From IMG/VR virus record IMGVR_UViG_3300037808_000992, positions 36,985 through 100,984 of that record: a stretch of 64,000 bases of DNA. One strand, given 5' to 3'. The position numbers were made by a program, and so were the translations under genes. Below, one piece after another: positions 1 to 9,510 of the stretch; the stretch's first letter is position 1; every line of letters starts with the position of its first letter. The notes under the pieces are model-generated. The model did no database searches and had not been told where the DNA came from. It saw only the letters and a list, made by a program, of their open reading frames with translations. This DNA comes from a virus.

Positions 1-1
1 T

Positions 2-286
2 ATGCCCCCTGACGAAGCCTATACCGAGATCCAATCAGGGGTTTTGGGCATGTTTTCTCGAACATCAGCTAATACAACAATGCGACCTAAGAATGTAGAT
101 AAGGTTTATTACAAAGGGACTGGGGCTTCAGCAGCCACCCTTACCCCCGCATCTACCTGGAGACATCCTGGTATTCGAGCCCGCTTATTGGGTAACGCTG
201 TAACTGAGTTTATTAAACTGAATAGAGATTCATTTATTGAGGATTTATTCAGTGATAACGGACAAACCCAGGTGGATTTAAAATGA
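2..286 (+). CDS. Neck/head-tail connector-like virion protein, probably 5'-truncated by window edge
   Basis: C-terminal WRHPGIRAR resembles myovirus neck proteins; precedes terminator-like gene with ATGA overlap. Confidence 0.45.
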   Translation: MPPDEAYTEIQSGVLGMFSRTSANTTMRPKNVDKVYYKGTGASAATLTPASTWRHPGIRARLLGNAVTEFIKLNRDSFIEDLFSDNGQTQVDLK

Positions 287-1098
287 GCTTGATTCCTGAA
301 ATACTTATTCAGCAAGCTCTTGTACAAGGGATCCGTGATTTACGTCAGAATCCTTGGAAAGCAGATCAGTTATTTAAGAGTGTTCCGCAATCATATGCGC
401 AGCAGTTTAGTGAGTTACTTGCCGACACTCCCGTGGATATCACCTTAAACTATCCCCGAGAAGATAGTCAGTTCCCTTGTGTTGCTATTTTACTTCGGGC
501 AGAGGATGAGTCCCTTACAGTGCTGGGAGATCTCTTAGGAGCAGGCACAGATTACGACAACGGTTTAGTGGGCTCCCGTGAATTCTTTTATGAGCCAGGG
601 GTGGAGGCTACAGACGTAGATTACACTGGTAATTTATCAGGGGAACCTCGACGGCTGTTTGATAAATCTAAACCGGTTTACAAAGAACATAAAGGATCGG
701 GGTTTTCTTGCAGTTACATGCTGCAGATAATGACAGATAATCAGGACTTCACTATTCTGCTCTACCACGCCATCCGATTTATCATTTTACGGAATATTGC
801 TAAGTTCGATATGAATGGCATGTTCCAAATGAAATTAAGTGGGACGGACTTTTTGCCCCAACCAGGACAACAACCTACGTTTATCTTTATGCGAGGGTTG
901 TCTTTAAGCTTTATGTACTTTGCTGACTATTTCTTGGTTTACGACGGAAAAGAGCCTGATTTAGAGGCTTTAGCAACGTCGTTTGTACTTGATATTGAAC
1001 GAGCAGATAAAAAAGAGGTGGGGATTCTGGCTTTAGGGCAAAAGCCTCACATTGAGAGTATAGAAGAGCTTCCTGCTGGGTTCGGGGGAGGTCCTTGA
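283..1098 (+). CDS. Tail terminator/tail completion-like protein
   Basis: Position upstream of sheath; NYPREDSQFPCVAILLRAEDE and FMRGLSLSFMY segments typical of this fold in large myoviruses. Confidence 0.55.
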   Translation: MSLIPEILIQQALVQGIRDLRQNPWKADQLFKSVPQSYAQQFSELLADTPVDITLNYPREDSQFPCVAILLRAEDESLTVLGDLLGAGTDYDNGLVGSREFFYEPGVEATDVDYTGNLSGEPRRLFDKSKPVYKEHKGSGFSCSYMLQIMTDNQDFTILLYHAIRFIILRNIAKFDMNGMFQMKLSGTDFLPQPGQQPTFIFMRGLSLSFMYFADYFLVYDGKEPDLEALATSFVLDIERADKKEVGILALGQKPHIESIEELPAGFGGGP

Positions 1099-1637
1099 TG
1101 TCACTTACTGATGTAATAGGGACCTTGAAGATTAGTAAGTTTTTAATTAAGGGCTTTAATTTCCAGTACGGTTTGTCTGTGTCGGTTTATGATCCCGATC
1201 TTCCAGGATCTTCGGACAACTACGACGTTTCTGATATTCAATTTTTAGACGAGAGCGTAGATACCGTTTTTACCTCAACTTTCCTTGGACAAGCGGACTC
1301 TACCTCTTTAAAATATCATGCGGATAGCCCTCAGGTGGTACCCACAAATTTGTCCGAGGGTATGTTTATGCAAGTCGCAGGTCCCAAAACTCATGATTCT
1401 TATGCAGAACGACGAAGAATAATTAGTTCCACACCGGGTAATGCGGGTACAATAACCGTGGCAAACCCGTTTTCGTCATCTTTGAGTGGGGCATCAGTAT
1501 CTGTGTTTAAAAGATCGAGCCAAGTCCAGTTTACTTTACGCGTAGATAGTGACGCTACTGCAGGCTTAAAAAGCGTAAAAATAACAAACCCAGACTCTCA
1601 AATAACTGTTTTAGATAACGCAATTTTGATTTCATAG
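1098..1637 (+). CDS. Virion protein with IPT/TIG-like Ig fold and inserted beta module
   Basis: IKGFNFQYG...ATAGLKSVKITNPDSQ pattern; SD GGGGGAGGT before ATG 1098; TGATG overlap. Confidence 0.5.
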   Translation: MSLTDVIGTLKISKFLIKGFNFQYGLSVSVYDPDLPGSSDNYDVSDIQFLDESVDTVFTSTFLGQADSTSLKYHADSPQVVPTNLSEGMFMQVAGPKTHDSYAERRRIISSTPGNAGTITVANPFSSSLSGASVSVFKRSSQVQFTLRVDSDATAGLKSVKITNPDSQITVLDNAILIS

Positions 1638-1644
1638 TATAAGG

Positions 1645-1932
1645 ATGGCTGTGATGGTTAAGAAAACTAAAAAAACGACTAAAAAGAAATCTTTCAGCGA
1701 GAAAAAACCTGAGGTTTCTAAAAAGGTCGAAAAAGTAGAAAAAGTTGAAAAGGTTGAATCACCTAAGCCTGCTGTAGTATTCAAGTCTAAGCCAGTTATT
1801 GGAGTGGAAAAATATTTGAAAAGTGTGGGTACGAAACCAAGGCACTTAAAGCCTTTAGTAGTTTTGGCTACTAGTCAGGGCTACACACAAGAAACAGCAG
1901 ATCGGTGGAAAGAAATTTTTGCTAATCTCTAG
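1645..1932 (+). CDS. Small Lys-rich protein preceding sheath
   Basis: ORF with AAGGA SD; KVE repeats; in operon. Confidence 0.6.
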   Translation: MAVMVKKTKKTTKKKSFSEKKPEVSKKVEKVEKVEKVESPKPAVVFKSKPVIGVEKYLKSVGTKPRHLKPLVVLATSQGYTQETADRWKEIFANL

Positions 1933-1942
1933 GAGATGACTC

Positions 1943-4756
1943 GTGGCACGGTTTATTACATTTAACGGCGTAACCATTTTCCACCCCGGTGGTTTAACAA
2001 AAATTGACGCAAGTGATCTTGCCCAAGTCTCTGGCGGTACCAGTGGTATTGTGGGGCTGATTGGCGAAGCTGATTCAGGAGAACCAAATTCTGCTCTGAG
2101 CCCTAAAGTGCATGAGTTCATTAATCCGAACTCTGCAGTTCAGATGTTTAAGAGCGGTCCTTTGGCGGATGCAATCGACTTTGTATTCCGACCATCTACT
2201 GATCCACGGATCCCTGGCGGCGCACAGAAAATACTGGCTGTAAAAACAAATCAAAGTACTGCTTCGTCTGTTACTTTATCTGATCAGCCCACTGCTAATG
2301 ATGCAATGACCGTCACGTCGCGCACCTTCGGTAAAGCGGCTGAGCAGTTAAGTATTGAAGTGAATCAAACGGCTGCAGCAGCCGACCCATTTCAGAATAA
2401 AATGGATGTAACGCTTATAGACGCAGGGAGCGGCACTACAGAGACGTTTACGAGTATTGGTGGCACTCCCCTGATGAATGTCCAATACCGTGGTCCTAGC
2501 GCCCCTACAGTGCGTGAGACGGATGCTGGCGCAAGTGTACACACCGTGGTGTCCTCTGCAGCCCCTGATGAACTTGTTATAACAGGAAATATTACGACCG
2601 GTGCTGCGGTCGGTAACTTTGTTCGTATGAAGGCGGGTGGAACTGCTACCGCTGAGTTTGTTACCGGTCAGATGTCTCGAATTAGAACGATTGCGTTTGG
2701 TGGCGTAAATACAGTAATTGAGCTTGATGCGGACTTCAGCGAGAATGACGGCTCTCAAATTACTGCTGCAAACTTAGCCACAGCTACATTTGAGGTTGTT
2801 CGTGAAGTTGTAGGCCCTTTCCGAGCAGTTTCAGGCACTGCTAACACGGTAGTGATGAATGGTGCCCGAGATACCAGTGGTTCAGTTGCGGGTGATCCTT
2901 TATTAAATTTAGCTGCTGGTAATTGGGCTGCTAACTACGCTTTGGTTACTGAAGGCTGGTGCTATTTAAAGATTGTAGCAGGTACCGGAGCGGGTCAAAT
3001 TCGTCGTATTAACAACGCCGGGTCATCAGGCGCAGTCGCTCCAGGTGTTGGGGCCGATAACTTAGAAATTGAGTTAGAAGTACATGATGATTGGGACACG
3101 CAGCCCGATGGTACGTCTCAAATCATGCTTATTAACGCTGCTGCGCAAGCAGCGCACAGCGCGACAGACAGCGATAATGATTGTGGTGCTCAAGCGCGTA
3201 TTCAAGGTGGTGCAACTACAGCTACTCGCGGCGCTGCTGATAAACTCTTTTTAGAGGTTATGCCCGGTACTGGTGAGGATGATGGCGGTGGTACGGTAAT
3301 TGTTCCTGGAGGTGGCGCAGGCGGTGCTGGAATTGCCGGTGTAGGTTATGTTGAGTATTATGAGTTTCCTTTAGGCGGGAGCATTTCAGTCTCTACCTTA
3401 GTAAACCGAATCAAACTTGGTATTAATGCTTCTTCCACCAATACTGAGGTTGCCTCAGGTAATATTGATCCTACAAAAACTGCATGGAACGCTAGAGTTG
3501 GATTAGGTCGTAGTGGTGATCTTACTACTGACCGATTCGATTTTATGTTGGCGACAGGTACTCGATTAACGACGGATGTTACTAACGGCACTAATACTGT
3601 TGCGGCTCCTACAGCAACTTCTCCTTCTGTAGACGCTCTTGTTGACTTTAACCAAGTGTTTAATAACACCTGGGATTCAGCAGGCAACAGTCTTAAACGG
3701 CATCGTTTACTAGATAATTTAGCAATTTTAATCGACACGATTAATGCTCAAAGTTTGTTGATGAGTGCTGAGCGAGACGCAAGTGGTGTAGCGCCAGTGT
3801 CCAACGGAGATGGTGTTCCCGTATTTGGTGTCATAAACAATTTAGCTGGTGCGACCGTAGGCGCTTCCACCTTCCAAACTATTTCTAATGCCTTTGATCA
3901 GCTAATTAAGCATCGTCACGATACTGCTGTGGCGTTGTTTAGTACAGGCGTTGGTGGCGTTACTATTGATAGTATCCACGCTCTATTAGAGCAACACACT
4001 ATTAATGGTGCTGGAGCGTTTAAAAACGAAGTTGATGGAATTGCAGCGTTTGACCCACCTGTTGCAGCGACGGCATTAGCTGATGTAGTCACGCAAGCCA
4101 ACGCTATCGCTAACCGAAATATGGCTTTGGTGTACCAAAAGCCCACTCGTATTAATGCTCAGGGTGTAAGAACAGAATTTGGTTCTCACATGCTGGCAGC
4201 GGCTATTGCAGGTATGCAGGCTGGATCTCCGGTAGGTACTCCACTGACGTTTAAGTTTGTACGGGCTATAGATATTACGAGTCCTGCAAGTGCCGATCCC
4301 CTCGACGTAGATGACGCTACGATGATGTTGAAGAATGGAGTGTTGTTCTCTGAGAAGGTAAGCAACGGATTCCGTATTGTTCGGAACCTGAGCACCTTTA
4401 TCCAGAATGACAATCTTGCATTCACAGATCGAAATGTTAACTATGAGTTGAATTACATTGCTTATGACCTTCGTACTTTTATTGAAAATACGTTTGTTGG
4501 TACAAAAGCAATTCCCGCAACAGCCGTTAATATGAAAGACGCTGTAATTTCGAAATTAACAATTTACCGTGATGATTTAGAGATTATCACTAAAAGTAAT
4601 GATCCGGTTACCGGGCAAGAAATCGATGCTTTCAGAGATTTAAAAGTTACAATCTCTGGTGATATTGCAACAATTCGTTTTGAGATTTTCCCAACTATGG
4701 GTATAAACTTTATGACGTTCGAGATCTTTGCGCAACTACCGGTTATCAGTGCATAG
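1943..4756 (+). CDS. Contractile tail sheath protein, 937 aa, large central insertion
   Basis: N-term FNGVTIFHPGG...GLIGEADSGEPN...FKSGPLADAI; C-term AAAIAGMQAG..VGTPLTFK and FRIVRNLSTF are sheath hallmarks; SD AGGAG, GTG start. Confidence 0.92.
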   Translation: MARFITFNGVTIFHPGGLTKIDASDLAQVSGGTSGIVGLIGEADSGEPNSALSPKVHEFINPNSAVQMFKSGPLADAIDFVFRPSTDPRIPGGAQKILAVKTNQSTASSVTLSDQPTANDAMTVTSRTFGKAAEQLSIEVNQTAAAADPFQNKMDVTLIDAGSGTTETFTSIGGTPLMNVQYRGPSAPTVRETDAGASVHTVVSSAAPDELVITGNITTGAAVGNFVRMKAGGTATAEFVTGQMSRIRTIAFGGVNTVIELDADFSENDGSQITAANLATATFEVVREVVGPFRAVSGTANTVVMNGARDTSGSVAGDPLLNLAAGNWAANYALVTEGWCYLKIVAGTGAGQIRRINNAGSSGAVAPGVGADNLEIELEVHDDWDTQPDGTSQIMLINAAAQAAHSATDSDNDCGAQARIQGGATTATRGAADKLFLEVMPGTGEDDGGGTVIVPGGGAGGAGIAGVGYVEYYEFPLGGSISVSTLVNRIKLGINASSTNTEVASGNIDPTKTAWNARVGLGRSGDLTTDRFDFMLATGTRLTTDVTNGTNTVAAPTATSPSVDALVDFNQVFNNTWDSAGNSLKRHRLLDNLAILIDTINAQSLLMSAERDASGVAPVSNGDGVPVFGVINNLAGATVGASTFQTISNAFDQLIKHRHDTAVALFSTGVGGVTIDSIHALLEQHTINGAGAFKNEVDGIAAFDPPVAATALADVVTQANAIANRNMALVYQKPTRINAQGVRTEFGSHMLAAAIAGMQAGSPVGTPLTFKFVRAIDITSPASADPLDVDDATMMLKNGVLFSEKVSNGFRIVRNLSTFIQNDNLAFTDRNVNYELNYIAYDLRTFIENTFVGTKAIPATAVNMKDAVISKLTIYRDDLEIITKSNDPVTGQEIDAFRDLKVTISGDIATIRFEIFPTMGINFMTFEIFAQLPVISA

Positions 4757-4768
4757 GAGAGATTAGAC

Positions 4769-6190
4769 ATGCCAGCAATTAACGGTGCGAATAGAGAATT
4801 TTTCCTGACCATGCGTCAGAAGTACATGAATGGTAGCGGCCATACGCTACAGGGTGAGAGTGGTCTTTTGACTACTGGAGGAGCATGGCCCCTCATGACT
4901 AACTCCCCTGGGTGGTCCGTTACAGGTAATTTGGGGGCTTCGGCTCTAGCAGGCGAACAAGAGATTACGCTAGGAAGTGCTTCTGAAGCAGCGCCATTTC
5001 GCCCAGGTACTACGATTACTTTGTTTGACGCTACTGACAATACGGTAACTGAGTCAATTGTCGTTCTGTCGTCTAAAAACCAAAAGTTAATACTTGCTGC
5101 GGGTCTCGCTAACGCTTATGACCAAGGCTCTATCGTGGCTGTTCCGTTTGGCGTAGGTCCCGATGGTATTTCCACGAGTATGGACGTTACTGCAGGCGGT
5201 TGGACTCCTACTGGCGCAGGTGATGTAGCTACGTTAGTAGATCTCTACCAACGTGTTTGTACCAACCCGGCTGCGTTTGCAATTACAACTGCTGCTGCTC
5301 CACTTTTTACATTGGATATTGGGTCAACTGCTAATGTAAATACTTTGGTTGGCGACACGGTTACTTTTGTAGGCGATGTCACAGCAGGTCTTGCTGGAGT
5401 TACTGCACGTATTAGTTCAAACACAGCGGGCGCTAATGTAGTGATCGGTTTAGAGCAGATTATCGCAGTTAATGCTGCTGGCGAGACAGTGACTAGTCCA
5501 CTGTTTCCTATTGTTGTTGATGGAGTTTCTTTAACGCCGTCAGCCGCTGGTGCTGGTGACACTCTAAATATCGCTTGCACCTTCGTCCAAGAGAAGATTA
5601 ATGCTGTAGCGGTACCTAACAACGTAGATGCTGCAGGTAATTCTACCTCTAATCCTCTAACAGGTGCGTCTCAGGAAGGTTTGGGTGACCAAGGTCCTGT
5701 TATGGTTGCTGCTTGTCTCGGGGTTATTGACCAGTTGGGCGGAACCGCTCGCTTATCTTTAACCCAAGAAGAGAAGTTAATGGGTAGCTTTGGCTCTATC
5801 GGTAAACGACTTCTTTTAGCTCAGGATGAAGCAATTGCTGCTACTACAATCACCTTAGAGTGGGATGAGGCTGCTGGAGACGTTCCGTTTCCTTTAGCAG
5901 GCATAATTGAAATTCTAGATGCCGAGACAGGTGTTGACAGTACTGCCTTTGCCCAACCGTTACTGGTCCACACGAGTACTTTCACTCGGGCACGTGGTAG
6001 CCGTACTTTAACCTTAGCGGTTGCTCTTCCGGCTGGTGGTGCAACCACTGGTATGATTGTACAGCTTTCCCCAGGGCAAAGTGGTCCAATCTTCTTACCG
6101 TATGCCTCTGCCATTGATTCTAAAGATATGGCTCAGTTGCTTACATTGACTGAGATTGCAGTGACCGCACACACTAATCCTGCTCCGTAG
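4769..6190 (+). CDS. Putative virion decoration protein (Ala/Gly/Thr-rich beta modules)
   Basis: 473-aa ORF with AGGAG SD between sheath and tube; shares repeat modules with baseplate proteins. Confidence 0.5.
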   Translation: MPAINGANREFFLTMRQKYMNGSGHTLQGESGLLTTGGAWPLMTNSPGWSVTGNLGASALAGEQEITLGSASEAAPFRPGTTITLFDATDNTVTESIVVLSSKNQKLILAAGLANAYDQGSIVAVPFGVGPDGISTSMDVTAGGWTPTGAGDVATLVDLYQRVCTNPAAFAITTAAAPLFTLDIGSTANVNTLVGDTVTFVGDVTAGLAGVTARISSNTAGANVVIGLEQIIAVNAAGETVTSPLFPIVVDGVSLTPSAAGAGDTLNIACTFVQEKINAVAVPNNVDAAGNSTSNPLTGASQEGLGDQGPVMVAACLGVIDQLGGTARLSLTQEEKLMGSFGSIGKRLLLAQDEAIAATTITLEWDEAAGDVPFPLAGIIEILDAETGVDSTAFAQPLLVHTSTFTRARGSRTLTLAVALPAGGATTGMIVQLSPGQSGPIFLPYASAIDSKDMAQLLTLTEIAVTAHTNPAP

Positions 6191-6203
6191 AGCAGGAAGA
6201 ACT

Positions 6204-6337
6204 AGGGTCGGGGGTTATCCTCCTCCTATCGTGTCAGGGAATAGCTCAGTTCCTACGAGTCTATTCCCTGGTATGTAACCTTGACCTTATCTAAAATTAA
6301 CACGAAACTATTCTTAACCTTGTCGTAGGAGTCTGTT
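6204..6337 (+). ncRNA. Candidate cis-regulatory structured RNA upstream of tail tube gene
   Basis: Stems 6204-6217/6276-6288 and 6232-6244/6261-6273; TCCTACGA 6251-6258 complementary to TCGTAGGA 6323-6330 at the tube RBS. Confidence 0.5.
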
Positions 6338-6811
6338 ATGGCTATCGAAATTTTTAGTGGTGCAAGAGCCAAATTTTTTCTCAACAACCGAGCAATTGGT
6401 TTTTGTGCTGGTGTCAGCGGTGAAGAGGCAGTTGATTACTCACCTGTAGACACCTTGGACTTTCTTGAAGTTCGAGAGCATGTGCCTGTTGCCTATCGTA
6501 CTTCCTTAAGTGCGGCATTCTTCCGTTTAATTGGGTCTCCCCTTAAAGATTATACGGGTAAGGGTGATACGGACGCAGAGAGCATCTCCATCTTTCCTAA
6601 GTTTGAAAATATTCTTACGGATGGGTCGATGTCAGCATCTATTCAGTTAGCCCCCGGCAAAGGTGTAGATCAGTTCCCACAAGGGACGATCATGGCTAAG
6701 TTTTACAAGGTACGCGCCGCAAGTAAGACGTTTGATGTTTCTGCGCGTGGTGTAGTGACGGAGAACTGTTCGTTTGTTGCGATACGGCAAGCTGACGAAT
6801 CTACGTTGTAG
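6338..6811 (+). CDS. Tail tube protein
   Basis: 157 aa; FSGARAKFFLNNRAIGF...EVREHVPVAY; position after sheath, before chaperones. Confidence 0.85.
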   Translation: MAIEIFSGARAKFFLNNRAIGFCAGVSGEEAVDYSPVDTLDFLEVREHVPVAYRTSLSAAFFRLIGSPLKDYTGKGDTDAESISIFPKFENILTDGSMSASIQLAPGKGVDQFPQGTIMAKFYKVRAASKTFDVSARGVVTENCSFVAIRQADESTL

Positions 6812-6854
6812 ATAGTTATTTTTAAATAAAACGTATTAAATTAAGAGGTTTATA

Positions 6855-7328
6855 ATGCAGCTAACTAAAAGTTTTAGTATCAACTTTTATTCTAAAATTC
6901 TTAAAGAGACCTTTGCAGGGACTTTTACTACTAAGAAATTAACGGTGGGAGATCTCTCTAAGATTGGACTTGTTAAAGCTCAATTGTCAGGGGGATACGT
7001 CTATGATGAGGTTCAAGGTCGTGGGGTAGATGCCACCACCAACCTACTCAATGAGATGGTAGCCCATTGTCAAGTATCCCTTATTCAATCTCCTGACTGG
7101 TTTAACCCAAGCGACGTTTCAGATTTAGAACTGTTGCGAGTGGTTTATGAGGAGGTGGCTTCTTTTGAGGCCGACTTTCACCTCCCACAGCAAGCATCTC
7201 AAGAAGAAGGACCTGCTGGAAGCAGCAAAGATTCAAGCAGCGATGAATCTACAGGGGGAGGGAGATCCGTTAGCACTCTTGAGGATCTGGTGGACAAAAA
7301 AGTACCAAAGATCGAGAAATTCGGATGA
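6855..7328 (+). CDS. Tail assembly chaperone (gpG-like)
   Basis: Between tube and tape measure; PDWF...LLRVVYEEV..FE core followed by a disordered tail. Confidence 0.75.
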   Translation: MQLTKSFSINFYSKILKETFAGTFTTKKLTVGDLSKIGLVKAQLSGGYVYDEVQGRGVDATTNLLNEMVAHCQVSLIQSPDWFNPSDVSDLELLRVVYEEVASFEADFHLPQQASQEEGPAGSSKDSSSDESTGGGRSVSTLEDLVDKKVPKIEKFG

Positions 7329-7650
7329 GTTTAAAGCGTATACGCTCTTTGACTTGCTGACTGAGTTTTTTGAGGACTTTTATAGCGACAATAAAAGTGC
7401 TCTACGTGATTTAGATCTGCCGTTTAGTGCAGGAACTGGTGATCCGATGGTCGATAAGTGGGAGCGTGAAATCTCTCAAGGGCTTATGCCGAACTTGTTA
7501 GAGGACTTATCGGAAGATGCCGCGAAGGAGATTTTAGAGTGGAGTCAGCGAGTCTATAAACAGAAAGTTGAACGCGGAGAGATTATGAGCCCTGAAGAAC
7601 TGGAATTGGCAAAGAACGTAGACATAGAAACGTTTTCGGATAACTACTAA
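7147..7650 (+). CDS. Tail assembly chaperone extension (gpT-like), probably reached by +1 frameshift
   Basis: Overlaps upstream ORF by 182 nt in +1 frame; LRIWWTKKY and TGDPMVDKWERE; abuts tape measure start (TAATG). Confidence 0.65.
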   Translation: MRRWLLLRPTFTSHSKHLKKKDLLEAAKIQAAMNLQGEGDPLALLRIWWTKKYQRSRNSDEFKAYTLFDLLTEFFEDFYSDNKSALRDLDLPFSAGTGDPMVDKWEREISQGLMPNLLEDLSEDAAKEILEWSQRVYKQKVERGEIMSPEELELAKNVDIETFSDNY

Positions 7651-9491
7651 TGGCTAGTGGAAAACCGACCGTCGTAGCGGAACTTAGCCGTACCATTGAA
7701 GGGGTTAAGAGTGGTTTAGAAGAGTTACAGCAATCTTTAAACAATCTACAGAAATCCTCCACGGGTTGGGCTACAAGCTTCACCGGAAATTTACGCACTG
7801 CGCTTACCCAGATAAACGAGACTAAAAGAGGCTTCGACAAGCTTTCAAGTACTATCCAACGCGCAAGCTCTGTCCCAGGGGTAGTTAGCGGCGCTCGCAT
7901 TAGTCAAGCGTTAGGAGCATCAACAGGACAAGCTGGCGGTGGTGGCGGAGGTGGTGGTGCTCAACCCTTTGGCTCCCAGTTTGCTCGAACTGCAATGTCC
8001 CCTCTACGTTATGGTCTTCCTATGTTGGCAGGCTCTCTCGCCCAACTTCCTTTTTCCGCAGCAGGCGGTTTAACCGGGGGCGCGGGTTCCGTACTTAAGA
8101 AGCTACCCATTGCTTCACGACTTATGAAAGGATTGGGTGGTGCGGTAAGCGGTCTTGGTTCTAATGTTGTTCGTCCTATGGTTGAGGGCGCGGTGCATAT
8201 GGGGTTGGGCTTCGGTACCCAGTACATCCAACAATCCATGGCCATGCAAGAGCAGTTAGAACGAGGGGGTCGTTTTATAGGGCGCAACAGGGGTCAAGTC
8301 AGGGGAATGGCTAACACTGGTTTAAAGCACGGCTACGACGTGATGCAAACCATGTCCCACAGAGAATCTGTAGCGCGAGCTATCGGGGGTGGTGGTCCAC
8401 AAGAGGGCATGATTCAAGCGATGAGTAACCGCTTACGTCAGCCGATGGGAAATGTCATAGGCGCTGCAGGAGCTTTGCGAAGCGGCGGCATGGGTGCCGA
8501 TGCAATCGCTGGGGTGCTCCAACGTATCGAAAGTGGTGTAGGAAATGCAGGTTTTGGGAGAGAAACGCCAGCATTCATACATAGGATAGAATCTCTACTC
8601 CAAGCTATCTCTGGGTTTACGCAGCAGCAGGTAGCCATTACTGGTAGTGCCAATACGGGTCAGACAACTTCCTTTCAAAATTTAGTTCAAACCCTTTCAA
8701 ATAAAGCTTTTTCTCCCACAGCAGCAGCGCAAACAGCACAGCAACTTGTTGGTATAGCTGCGAATCCGGGGGGAGGAGAGTCAGGGGAAATCTTTGTACA
8801 AAGGGCGTTGGGTTTAGGAAATCCAAATTTAGCAGCTACTAGAGCGATGGCGGAGAAGATGGGCGTTAATCCTAATCTTGTACGTCGTCGTAGTTATGCA
8901 GATTATTTGAAGTTTAAAGAGAATAACCGCACGGAGGCTGCACAATTACTGGGTGTCCAAACAGCCGTTGAGTTCCCAGGCAGCGACATGCAGTCCATAA
9001 TACTAGGAAAAGCTTTAAGTAATATGGGAATAACGAAGGCTGGCACCGTTATGCAATCTTTATTCAGCGGAGGCAGTATAGCTCAGCCGGGAGGTACTCA
9101 ACAAACTGCTGCTCAGGTAGGGGCTGCGAGCACTAAAGCAATGATGGGTATCGACCCTAAGATGATTACCGTCCTCAACGAGTACCACAGAAGTTTAGCT
9201 ACCTTGGCTAACATCCCTGGCGGAACGGAAGGTATTAAAAATCTTGCTGAGCTTATCAGGACTTTCCAAGTGTTAGGAGGTACTGCGGTTGCGACTGGTT
9301 TTAAAGAACTCTTCGGTGATCTAATGAAGGAGTTAAAGAAGGCGATGGATGGGGTTCCTCTGGAAACTATTATACAAAGAGAGATACAGGGCGTTTCTGG
9401 AATTGTGAAAGAACTTATTAGAAAGTTATTAGGTAAGCCGCAGGCTTCTTTGGGAGACCACCAACGGCCTCCTCGAAGAATGATAAGCTAG
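7650..9491 (+). CDS. Tape measure protein
   Basis: Ala/Gly/Gln-rich helical ORF with N-terminal coiled coil directly after chaperones. Confidence 0.75.
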   Translation: MASGKPTVVAELSRTIEGVKSGLEELQQSLNNLQKSSTGWATSFTGNLRTALTQINETKRGFDKLSSTIQRASSVPGVVSGARISQALGASTGQAGGGGGGGGAQPFGSQFARTAMSPLRYGLPMLAGSLAQLPFSAAGGLTGGAGSVLKKLPIASRLMKGLGGAVSGLGSNVVRPMVEGAVHMGLGFGTQYIQQSMAMQEQLERGGRFIGRNRGQVRGMANTGLKHGYDVMQTMSHRESVARAIGGGGPQEGMIQAMSNRLRQPMGNVIGAAGALRSGGMGADAIAGVLQRIESGVGNAGFGRETPAFIHRIESLLQAISGFTQQQVAITGSANTGQTTSFQNLVQTLSNKAFSPTAAAQTAQQLVGIAANPGGGESGEIFVQRALGLGNPNLAATRAMAEKMGVNPNLVRRRSYADYLKFKENNRTEAAQLLGVQTAVEFPGSDMQSIILGKALSNMGITKAGTVMQSLFSGGSIAQPGGTQQTAAQVGAASTKAMMGIDPKMITVLNEYHRSLATLANIPGGTEGIKNLAELIRTFQVLGGTAVATGFKELFGDLMKELKKAMDGVPLETIIQREIQGVSGIVKELIRKLLGKPQASLGDHQRPPRRMIS

Positions 9492-9510
9492 ATGACGGTG
9501 AGAAGTATAA

